Below, piece by piece: positions 57,354-64,000 of a stretch of DNA of 64,000 bases (position 1 is its first letter; each line of letters begins with the position of its first letter). Source of the stretch: a virus (lineage: Duplodnaviria > Heunggongvirae > Uroviricota > Caudoviricetes); the IMG/VR virus record IMGVR_UViG_3300027734_000034. One strand, written 5' to 3'. The translations under genes and the position numbers were made by a program. Under the pieces are notes generated by a model that worked only from the letters and a program-made list of their open reading frames with translations, searched no databases and was not told the origin of the DNA.

Positions 57354-57485
57354 TTACTGATTAGCCTGCTCGTGTGCAACAGCTTTTATTTGATTCACAC
57401 CACTATCTAGCATTCTAGCTATAGGTGCTACACCTGTAGTAGATACTACGATACCAACTACCGCGCCTAAAAGAAAATTCATCAT
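57354..57485 (-). CDS. 43-aa hydrophobic peptide (MMNFLLGAVVGIVVSTTGVAPIARMLDSGVNQIK...)
   Basis: Below the track cut-off; SD ggag. Confidence 0.6.
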   Translation of the reverse strand: MMNFLLGAVVGIVVSTTGVAPIARMLDSGVNQIKAVAHEQANQ

Positions 57486-57486
57486 G

Positions 57487-57609
57487 TTATTTGCTCCGAA
57501 TCCATTCGCCTGCTTTAGTCAAGTCTGACCCAGCACCACTGACTGCACCACCAACAGTACCACATGCGGTAAGCATACTTAACAAGAATGCAATAACAAT
57601 AACTTTCAT
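57487..57609 (-). CDS. Entericidin EcnA/B-like small lipoprotein, 40 aa
   Basis: MKVIVIAFLLSMLTAC-GTVGGAVSGAGSDLTKAGEWIRSK: lipobox LTAC plus GAGxDxxxAG pattern; SD ggag. Confidence 0.65.
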   Translation of the reverse strand: MKVIVIAFLLSMLTACGTVGGAVSGAGSDLTKAGEWIRSK

Positions 57610-57639
57610 ATTAACTCCAAAATGATTTGAATGCGAACA

Positions 57640-58284
57640 TTATACTACAGAAAGGACTTTTACCCTATTTAATTGGGTAACATTGTCACGGTGAACTTTG
57701 ACAGTACCATAAAGGTCATACATCTTGCCCACTTCTAATGGTTGTTTGAATGCAAAGAATAGAACCTGATCATCACTAGTGATACCAGTGATGTAGTTTG
57801 TGTTCCAATTTTGCGAATAGAAAGATTTGAGTACCTCAATCGTAGGGGATACTTTGTTACCCACAACGCTAATGTACCCGCCCTTAGCGAAACTGATACG
57901 CTGATCCACAGTCTGGCGTTTCATGCCGCGCTCGTAGCCTGAGGGCAAACTAGTGATTACTGCAAGGTCGTAATTGGTATCAATGATTTCACGATTGGCA
58001 AGTAGCATTGCAGTGTTGTCAAATTCAGACAACTTAATACCTTTAAGAATTTTGAATGTAAATCCTTGATAGAATTTGCGAACCAATTTACCTTGTTCAC
58101 GATCCTCGTCGGTGATTTGAGTAGTGTCGGCAAGAAATTTTGTTACCAAATTGCGGTTTGTTTGCCCTGCAGGAGCATCTTCACTAACCTTGATGTAGCC
58201 TTGATTCAATCGTTGTGCCTGGCAAGCAGCGGCCCAAACATCATCGGCAGCAAGATTGAGGGGTACAGGTTTTTTATAAGCCAT
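57640..58284 (-). CDS. Hypothetical protein with a probable C-terminal OB fold
   Basis: EVLKSFYSQNW...GTVKVHRDNVTQLNRVKV. Confidence 0.6.
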   Translation of the reverse strand: MAYKKPVPLNLAADDVWAAACQAQRLNQGYIKVSEDAPAGQTNRNLVTKFLADTTQITDEDREQGKLVRKFYQGFTFKILKGIKLSEFDNTAMLLANREIIDTNYDLAVITSLPSGYERGMKRQTVDQRISFAKGGYISVVGNKVSPTIEVLKSFYSQNWNTNYITGITSDDQVLFFAFKQPLEVGKMYDLYGTVKVHRDNVTQLNRVKVLSVV

Positions 58285-58303
58285 TTTTATTCCTTAAACA
58301 GTT

Positions 58304-58639
58304 TTATACTTTACGAAACAGACGATAAGTAACACCCTGTGCAGTCTTGCACTTTTCAAAATCTTCGTTTGCATAGCAAGTTTCTAGCATTGTTAGGCCC
58401 TTGCGATCACGCACGGTGGGCTTCTCTACTTTGACGCTGATAAATGTTTTGCGAAATTCAATATAAACTCTATCAGCACTATAGACCATTTCTAGGCCCA
58501 ATTTGACTTGTTCAGCACGAATTTTTTGGATTTCAGTAAACAAAGAACTGTTCACTATACTACGCATTCTTGCATCACGTTCAGCAAACCACGCAAAATT
58601 GCCAGCAGATTTGTGTTTAGTTTCTTTTTCAATCATCAT
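58304..58639 (-). CDS. Hypothetical early protein
   Basis: Own promoter cassette, SD ggag. Confidence 0.65.
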   Translation of the reverse strand: MMIEKETKHKSAGNFAWFAERDARMRSIVNSSLFTEIQKIRAEQVKLGLEMVYSADRVYIEFRKTFISVKVEKPTVRDRKGLTMLETCYANEDFEKCKTAQGVTYRLFRKV

Positions 58640-58651
58640 ATAAACTCCGTT

Positions 58652-58703
58652 TGTTGACTGTCTAAGATTGTATTATATACCCAAAACCATTTAATGTCAA
58701 CCG
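58652..58703 (-). repeat. Repeated early promoter cassette, copy 5
   Basis: cggTTGACA-ttaaatggttttgggta-TATAAT-acaatcttagacagtcaa. Confidence 0.9.
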
Positions 58704-58948
58704 GGAAGATTCTCTCCAGTATCAGTGTCGATCTGTCCAGTGACAAAGGCAAAGCCTGTAGGAGTATCTGGGTAGTTGTAGAAGTGCTCACGGTTGTAAA
58801 CTGCCGCATATCCATATGCCTCATCTTGGGCTGCTCCTAGATATACTTCACCTTCAACCGCGAACTCTCGCTCGCTTAGGACCTTGTAGAAATCGGGTCG
58901 GGCAGTCTCGGGATTGACCCGGTATACTTGAACATTCCAAACGATCAT
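58697..58948 (-). CDS. Hypothetical early protein
   Basis: SD ggag before MIVWNV; its stop is the TGA within the next TTGACA. Confidence 0.6.
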   Translation of the reverse strand: MIVWNVQVYRVNPETARPDFYKVLSEREFAVEGEVYLGAAQDEAYGYAAVYNREHFYNYPDTPTGFAFVTGQIDTDTGENLPG

Positions 58949-58961
58949 AATTAACTCCAAT

Positions 58962-59013
58962 AATTGACTGTCTAAGATTGTATTATATACCCAAAACCAT
59001 TTATTGTCAACCG
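58962..59013 (-). repeat. Repeated early promoter cassette, copy 6
   Basis: cggTTGACA-ataaatggttttgggta-TATAAT-acaatcttagacagtcaa. Confidence 0.9.
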
Positions 59014-59014
59014 T

Positions 59015-59269
59015 TTATTTCATTAGTAGGCCCATCAGAATTAGCTTTTCCAAGTGGTCTATCGCTTTATTAATGTTGTCAACTTGAGTTTGGGTATAAT
59101 CTGTACTGCGAATTCTACGACCATTTACTTCAAGTTTGCTTAGTTCGGTCACCATAACTTGAATATTATCATACATCTTTTTCAAGTCTGGATTGTAACC
59201 CATGCGGTGTAGATCAGTCTTTAGTCTATCTGATACTTCTTGCCAATCTAGTGCTGTTTGGATTTTCAT
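59015..59269 (-). CDS. Hypothetical early protein, probably leaderless
   Basis: Start MKIQTALDW, 6 nt after TATAAT. Confidence 0.65.
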   Translation of the reverse strand: MKIQTALDWQEVSDRLKTDLHRMGYNPDLKKMYDNIQVMVTELSKLEVNGRRIRSTDYTQTQVDNINKAIDHLEKLILMGLLMK

Positions 59270-59275
59270 ATTGTT

Positions 59276-59304
59276 ATTATAATACCTTTTGGTATTTATG
59301 TCAA
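59276..59304 (-). promoter_or_regulatory. sigma70 promoter, leaderless
   Basis: TTGACA-17 nt-TATAAT-aacaat-ATG. Confidence 0.85.
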
Positions 59305-59331
59305 GGATGTTGTACAAACATAAATAAGATT

Positions 59332-59976
59332 GTGAAACCCACAATCGCATTATTCTTGTACGACCCGAAATGCTCCGTCCAATCAGGAAACGGGATGATG
59401 AAGGCTTTAAGTGAGTATTATAACTTCAAAATCTTTAGTAAAAATAAGTTAGAATACGATTTCTTTGACGGGGTAGATATGATTGCTGTTCCGGGAGGGA
59501 TCGGGGATAGTGATACATTCAAACAACTTTTCAAAAACAACGGAAAACGAGTAAAAGATTTCATCCATGGTGGCGGTAGATACTTAGGTATCTGTATGGG
59601 TGCATATTGGGCAGGTAGTCATTACTTGAATGTACTAGATGATGTTGATGCGGTACAGTATATCAAACAACCTGGTACTGATACACGTAGACCACATGCT
59701 AAAAACTTAGCAATAACATGGAAAGACGAACCCATGAACATGTTCTTCTATGATGGGTGTTCGCTAGTTGGCAATAGACACAAATTCAGAACGGTCGCTA
59801 CATACGCAAATGGTGATGCGATGGCTATCTATCAAAAACGCATAGGACTGATTGGTTGTCATCCTGAAAGTGAACAGTTTTGGTATGATAGCTACAGCTA
59901 CATGAAGGGCAAGTGGCACGGCGGCGAGCAGCACGAATTGTTGTTAGATTTCACTAACGATTTAATGAATAGGTAA
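59332..59976 (+). CDS. Class I glutamine amidotransferase-like (BPL_N-type) protein
   Basis: IAVPGG, GGRYLGICMGAY (nucleophile elbow Cys), GCHPES; probable GTG start 5 nt after TAAATA (59321-59326). Confidence 0.75.
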   Translation: MKPTIALFLYDPKCSVQSGNGMMKALSEYYNFKIFSKNKLEYDFFDGVDMIAVPGGIGDSDTFKQLFKNNGKRVKDFIHGGGRYLGICMGAYWAGSHYLNVLDDVDAVQYIKQPGTDTRRPHAKNLAITWKDEPMNMFFYDGCSLVGNRHKFRTVATYANGDAMAIYQKRIGLIGCHPESEQFWYDSYSYMKGKWHGGEQHELLLDFTNDLMNR

Positions 59977-59980
59977 TACC

Positions 59981-60277
59981 CTATTCTAGATCCTTGTCTC
60001 TGATCTTAAATCCTTCACCATTGTTCAATACACACGCCATAGTCTTGTCATATTGAACTACAGTCCAAGTGAGGGTCTCAGTATTGATCATCACAACGGT
60101 TTGAGTATCAGAGTATTTGCTATCTCCAACCCAGATTATTTTCTCTTTGGCCATCTTGGTTAGTGCCTCAAGAACAAATTTAGTTTTTCCGCAAGTTAAT
60201 TTTCTGTCATACTCTGCTAGTTGGGCAAATGAAATAGTGGTTGTTAGGCATAACAATGCCAATATTAGGTGACGCAT
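59981..60277 (-). CDS. Hypothetical exported protein
   Basis: Signal peptide; architecture like 34949-35275. Confidence 0.6.
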   Translation of the reverse strand: MRHLILALLCLTTTISFAQLAEYDRKLTCGKTKFVLEALTKMAKEKIIWVGDSKYSDTQTVVMINTETLTWTVVQYDKTMACVLNNGEGFKIRDKDLE

Positions 60278-60356
60278 GGATTCCCCCTTTGTTGTCTGTA
60301 TTTATTGTCATAATAGTGAAATAAAAATTTCACTAAATAGTAAAATGGGGTAAACT

Positions 60357-60968
60357 ATGAAAGAAATACTAGAGACATTAAGAGTGCAACGCTGGGACGA
60401 TCATCGCTATTATCATCACAGCAGGATAAATCAATTTTTGCATTTAATTAGTGCATTATCATTCATAGTAGCATATGCTTATCTATTCATTGATCCCGTA
60501 ATTAGTGCTTACATCGCGTGGTTTATCTCAATGACTACAAGACAAGCAGGACATTTCTTCTTTGAACCCAAAGATTACGACACATACAATCAGGCCACAC
60601 AAGATCATAAAGAGGCTATCAAGATTGGATACAATCTCAAACGCAAACGAGTATTGATCGCTTGCTGGTTGGCTGTGCCGTTGCTGGCATACTTTGATGC
60701 GGCATTGTTTAACTTTGTGATGCCAGACGCTGCACCAGACACACTAATAGATAGGATTGGTTGGGGTTGGTTATGGTTAGGATTAGCAGCAGTTGTGTTT
60801 AGAATGATACAACTTACTGCTATTCAAAGCCGCAAAGTAGCACTAGTATGGTGCTTAAAGATAATGACAGATCCATTCCATGATGCTGTCATCTATCGCA
60901 AGAGTCCATTATATCTGATGCGTGGGCAGTTGATTGATCCTGACTTGCGTCAAGATTATGAAGATTAA
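60357..60968 (+). CDS. Mpo1/DUF962-like membrane protein
   Basis: RWDDHRYYHHSRINQFLHLIS...RQAGHFFFEPK; His-rich membrane-bound metalloenzyme pattern. Confidence 0.6.
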   Translation: MKEILETLRVQRWDDHRYYHHSRINQFLHLISALSFIVAYAYLFIDPVISAYIAWFISMTTRQAGHFFFEPKDYDTYNQATQDHKEAIKIGYNLKRKRVLIACWLAVPLLAYFDAALFNFVMPDAAPDTLIDRIGWGWLWLGLAAVVFRMIQLTAIQSRKVALVWCLKIMTDPFHDAVIYRKSPLYLMRGQLIDPDLRQDYED

Positions 60969-61963
60969 AGCGGAGTAAGATTGTCGCGGAATATCTTCCA
61001 GGCTCTCTCCCAACTCCAACGCTGGCTACCTTCTAATACTCTATCTCTATCTAATTGTAGGCAACCAGTTATAGCATCAGCTAGGTTCTCATTCACAAAT
61101 CCAGTGACACCTTGCTCAACAACATCTAATGGTCCTAGCACAGGGTATGCTGCTACAGGAGTGCCGCAGGCCATGGCTTCAATCATCACAATGCCAAATG
61201 TTTCCCACCGTGAAGGAAACACAAACACATCAGCATCAGCATAGCATTGTGCTAGAGCGAAGCCGGTCTTGAATCCTTTGAACTCCACATCAGGATATAG
61301 TTTTTCCAGTCTAGCACGATCCGGCCCGTCACCTACTAATACTTTGCGAGCACCAGGATAATCCAAACTGCAAAACGCATCCAGATTCTTTTCTATGCTG
61401 AGTCTGCACACACACAACAGCACAGGACCGGTGCCTCTGCTGCCGCGATAACCGGGATTAAATATGCTTCGGTCAACGCCGCGGGTCCATGAGTTGATCT
61501 CGCCCCAGAAGCCATGTTCTTTCAGTTCCTTCACCATACTATCTGTAGTAGTCAATACACGACCACTATGTTTGTGAAACCATCTCACATATTTCCAAGT
61601 TATAGATTGTGGTATCCTTAGATACTTATGTAAGGCTTCAGGATACTTTGTATGATAAGCAGTATTATACCTACGATAGTGCCGGTCAAGATAAAATCTA
61701 GCGTAGAGACCAAGAGGACCCTCTGTGGCGATGTGTATATAATCCGGAGCCACCGCCCTAATCTTCTCCCCAATCTTCCAGGGAATCGAAATTTTAACTT
61801 CACTGTAGCCTGGGCAATCAAAAAATAGGAACTCCATGGGAGTAAGGAAAACAACACGATAGTCGTCCAGAACCGCACACGCCTCAATATTCTTATATGT
61901 AGTGACAACGCCATTTATTTGCTCTGGTAAGTTATCCGTTATTATCAGTATCGTCTTGATCAT
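60965..61963 (-). CDS. agt: GT4 glycosyltransferase, Agt-like diacylglycerol glycosyltransferase
   Basis: ITDNLPEQINGVVTT, HIATEGPLG, TAYHTKYPE, WTRGVD, FPSRWETFGIVMIEAMACGTPV; overlaps the plcP stop. Confidence 0.75.
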   Translation of the reverse strand: MIKTILIITDNLPEQINGVVTTYKNIEACAVLDDYRVVFLTPMEFLFFDCPGYSEVKISIPWKIGEKIRAVAPDYIHIATEGPLGLYARFYLDRHYRRYNTAYHTKYPEALHKYLRIPQSITWKYVRWFHKHSGRVLTTTDSMVKELKEHGFWGEINSWTRGVDRSIFNPGYRGSRGTGPVLLCVCRLSIEKNLDAFCSLDYPGARKVLVGDGPDRARLEKLYPDVEFKGFKTGFALAQCYADADVFVFPSRWETFGIVMIEAMACGTPVAAYPVLGPLDVVEQGVTGFVNENLADAITGCLQLDRDRVLEGSQRWSWERAWKIFRDNLTPL

Positions 61964-62705
61964 TTTCTCTAGTCCATGTAACTATTTCCCACTTACCATC
62001 ATGATGCTCTACCAATGCTGTGCATGACTCTACCCAGTCACCGTCGTTCATGTAAGTGATTCCATCTATATCTTTGATTTCAGCATGGTGAATATGTCCA
62101 CATATAACCCCATCAAAGCCTCGCTTCTTACAGTACTTAGCGAGGTTGTGTTCAAAGTGAAAAATAAAATCAACAGCTTTTTTCACACGCTGTTTCAAAT
62201 ACTGACTAAGACTCCAATAACCAAATCCCATCTTATGTCTTATCCAATTGAATCTGCTATTCCATGCTAGGATAGTATCGTATGCATAATCTCCTAAGAA
62301 ACTTATCCAAGGTGCTAGTCTAGTTATACCATCAAACAAATCTCCATGCACTACAAGATAATGCTTGCCATCTGCACCTATATGTTCTATCTGATTGTGT
62401 ATCTCAACGAGTCCAAAACTGAATCCATATGGAATCATCGGGCGTAGAAATTCATCGTGATTACCAGCAACATATATAACTCTTGTTCCACGTTTAGCGT
62501 GACCAAGAACACGACGGACTACATTAGTGTGACTCTGCTTCCAACGCCATTTATTTTGTTGGATACGCCATGCATCAATTATATCCCCTACTAGATATAG
62601 TGTATCGCATGAGTTATGCTTTAGAAAGTTGTTGAGTTTGTCAGCTTGACAATCTTTGGTTCCTAAATGCACATCAGAGATAAAAATTGATCTATATGTT
62701 TTCAT
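61932..62705 (-). CDS. plcP: PlcP-like Mn-dependent phospholipase C (LpxH-like metallophosphoesterase family)
   Basis: FISDVHLG, LVGDIID, AGNHDEFLR (NH rather than the NR of LpxH), VHGDLFD, LGDYAYD, GYWSLS, CGHIHH, NDGDWVESCTALVEH. Confidence 0.8.
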   Translation of the reverse strand: MKTYRSIFISDVHLGTKDCQADKLNNFLKHNSCDTLYLVGDIIDAWRIQQNKWRWKQSHTNVVRRVLGHAKRGTRVIYVAGNHDEFLRPMIPYGFSFGLVEIHNQIEHIGADGKHYLVVHGDLFDGITRLAPWISFLGDYAYDTILAWNSRFNWIRHKMGFGYWSLSQYLKQRVKKAVDFIFHFEHNLAKYCKKRGFDGVICGHIHHAEIKDIDGITYMNDGDWVESCTALVEHHDGKWEIVTWTRENDQDDTDNNG

Positions 62706-62721
62706 TATTATTATTCTAATA

Positions 62722-62742
62722 AAAAAGAGCCTTTCGGCTCTT
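62722..62742 (-). terminator. Terminator between pstS and plcP
   Basis: aagagcc-GAAA-ggctctt followed by a T run. Confidence 0.8.
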
Positions 62743-62787
62743 AGTGCTGGTTACGAGTTCCAGCCTCCTCTCTATCTTGAGGTCGGT

Positions 62788-63783
62788 TTAAAATAATCCT
62801 AGTTGTTTCCAATCAGAACGAATCTTAGCTTTGACTGCTGCCGGTAATGCAACATAGTCTAACTCATCTGCGGCTTTGTCGCCATTATTGAAAGCCCAAT
62901 CAAAGAATGTTAGAGCAGTTTTAGATGCAGCAACATCACCTGGCTTTACATAAACAAGAATGAATGTAGCACCACTGATAGGCCATGCTTCTTTGCCTGC
63001 TTGATTAGTCAATATCTGATAGTAACTCTTGTTCCAGTCAGCGTTAGCAGCGGCTGCTTTGAATGCATCTTCTGTAGGTGCTACCCAATTGCCTGCTGCA
63101 TTCTGCACATTGACCCAGTTCATCTTGGCTTGTTTTACATAAGCATATTCAACATAGCCCAATGCCCCCGGAAGTTGGCGAACCATAGCAGAAACGCCTT
63201 CGTTACCCTTACCACCTGCTCCTGTTTTCCAACTAACAGCAGTGCCTTCACCGATTGTATCTTTGAACTCTTTGCTGACTTTGCTCAAGTAGTTGGTCCA
63301 GATGAATGTTGTGCCACTTCCATCTGCACGGCGAACCACTGTGATAGCTTGATCGGGCAATGCTAGTGACGGGTTCAATGATTTGATAGCAGCATCATCC
63401 CAACGGGTGATCTTGCCCAAGAAGATATCAGCCATGACTGCACCTGTCAAGCGTAGTTGTCCGGGCTCAATTCCTTTGAGGTTGATTACCGGAACAACTC
63501 CACCAATTGCTGTAGGAAACTGAAACAAGCCTGATGCTTGAAGTTTGTCATCGGTGAGTGGCATGTCACTTGCACCGAACGTGACGGTCTTTGCTTCAAT
63601 CTGCTTGATGCCTGCGCCTGAACCAACTGATTGATAGTTGATCTTGATGTTGGTAGACTTGTTATATTCACTCGCCCACTTTGCATATAACGGAGCCGGG
63701 AATGTTGCCCCGGCTCCTGTAATCTCTTGTGCTGATGCAGCGAATGCTATCACTGCCAATAATGTTGTAAACAGTTTTTTCAT
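62788..63783 (-). CDS. pstS: Phosphate ABC transporter periplasmic binding protein PstS
   Basis: Signal peptide, GAGATFPAPLYAKW, YQSVGSGAGI, FGASDMPL, RADGSGTT, GKGNEGV, WPISGATF; SD aaggag. Confidence 0.95.
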   Translation of the reverse strand: MKKLFTTLLAVIAFAASAQEITGAGATFPAPLYAKWASEYNKSTNIKINYQSVGSGAGIKQIEAKTVTFGASDMPLTDDKLQASGLFQFPTAIGGVVPVINLKGIEPGQLRLTGAVMADIFLGKITRWDDAAIKSLNPSLALPDQAITVVRRADGSGTTFIWTNYLSKVSKEFKDTIGEGTAVSWKTGAGGKGNEGVSAMVRQLPGALGYVEYAYVKQAKMNWVNVQNAAGNWVAPTEDAFKAAAANADWNKSYYQILTNQAGKEAWPISGATFILVYVKPGDVAASKTALTFFDWAFNNGDKAADELDYVALPAAVKAKIRSDWKQLGLF

Positions 63784-63814
63784 GTAATCTCCTTGTGTGT
63801 TACACAAATATTTA

Positions 63815-63843
63815 GTGACATAATTGTGACAGTAATATTACAT
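63815..63843 (-). promoter_or_regulatory. Pho box (three half-sites) directly followed by a TAAATA late promoter (63809-63814)
   Basis: Minus strand ATGTAAT-atta-CTGTCAC-aatt-ATGTCAC-TAAATA: 7-4-7-4-7 direct repeats resembling the PhoB consensus CTGTCAT. Confidence 0.8.
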
Positions 63844-63851
63844 CCATAAGA

Positions 63852-63872
63852 AAAGGGCAACTAGTGCCCTTT
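63852..63872 (-). terminator. Terminator after the porin-like gene
   Basis: aaagggca-5 nt-tgcccttt, T-rich tail on the minus strand. Confidence 0.75.
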
Positions 63873-63890
63873 GTTCTAATTTGAGTTAGA

Positions 63891-64000
63891 TTAGAAATTG
63901 AATTCTACGCCTACACCGTATTGATTAATATCAGTAGCAGCATCTAGGTAACTCCAACGAGCATTGAATGTCAATGCTTTGTTCATCGCATAGCTTACAC
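63891..64000 (-). CDS. C-terminal fragment of a probable outer-membrane beta-barrel (porin-like) protein
   Basis: Manual translation ...VSYAMNKALTFNARWSYLDAATDINQYGVGVEFNF*: alternating beta strands and a terminal Phe (BAM beta-signal). Confidence 0.65.
   Translation of the reverse strand, partial: VSYAMNKALTFNARWSYLDAATDINQYGVGVEFNF

Noticed and set aside
61932-62705. LpxH (lipid A UDP-2,3-diacylglucosamine hydrolase) annotation
   Set aside because: The motif is GNHD, not the GNRD of LpxH, and the gene is coupled to an Agt-like GT4 downstream of pstS, which fits PlcP.
1-64000. Alternative genetic code (stop-codon reassignment)
   Set aside because: Long conserved genes are intact under the standard code, and TAA, TGA and TAG (for example 59981) all end genes at sensible positions.
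1-64000. Bacterial chromosome or eukaryotic giant virus origin
   Set aside because: Housekeeping homologs are scattered singly among phage hypotheticals with T4-type late promoters and fibre genes. SD sites, sigma70 promoters and Rho-independent terminators argue against an NCLDV, despite the RFC-like clamp loader.
1-64000. tRNA, tmRNA or rRNA genes
   Set aside because: Intergenic gaps are short and accounted for by promoters and terminators; I saw no cloverleaf with a T-loop GTTCRA and CCA. tRNAscan-SE or ARAGORN would be decisive.

Overview
This is a 64-kb slice of a large, AT-rich, densely packed tailed-phage genome (Caudoviricetes, T4-like transcriptional logic), most likely a freshwater-type jumbo phage of a Gram-negative proteobacterial host. 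The host call is an inference from the PstS, ErpA/IscA, PBP7-like, Mpo1-like and porin genes. Most genes are on the minus strand, with a plus-strand block at 26375-36006. Contents: (i) late or virion-type genes behind TAAATA late promoters, including tail-fibre/baseplate-like proteins (848 aa and 2116 aa) and at least eight proteins that start with a T4 capsid-targeting-like N-terminus; (ii) replication and nucleotide genes (clamp-loader ATPase, a DnaE fragment ending just before the catalytic aspartates, ATP-dependent ligase, dCMP deaminase, HAD nucleotidase, MazG-like protein, phosphoesterases, PhoH); (iii) an unusually complete protein quality-control set (ClpA, ClpX, ClpP, ClpS, DnaJ, GroES-like, Hsp20 with a ROSE-like thermometer); (iv) translation genes (IF-1, bS21); (v) two arrays of small early genes, each driven by a repeated near-consensus sigma70 promoter cassette; (vi) at the right end, a Pho-box-preceded porin-pstS-plcP-agt cluster that looks like a phage-borne phosphate-scavenging and phospholipid-to-glycolipid remodelling system. 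I saw no tRNA, rRNA, CRISPR array or integrase/transposase. All family assignments come from motif recognition by eye; no database search was run.
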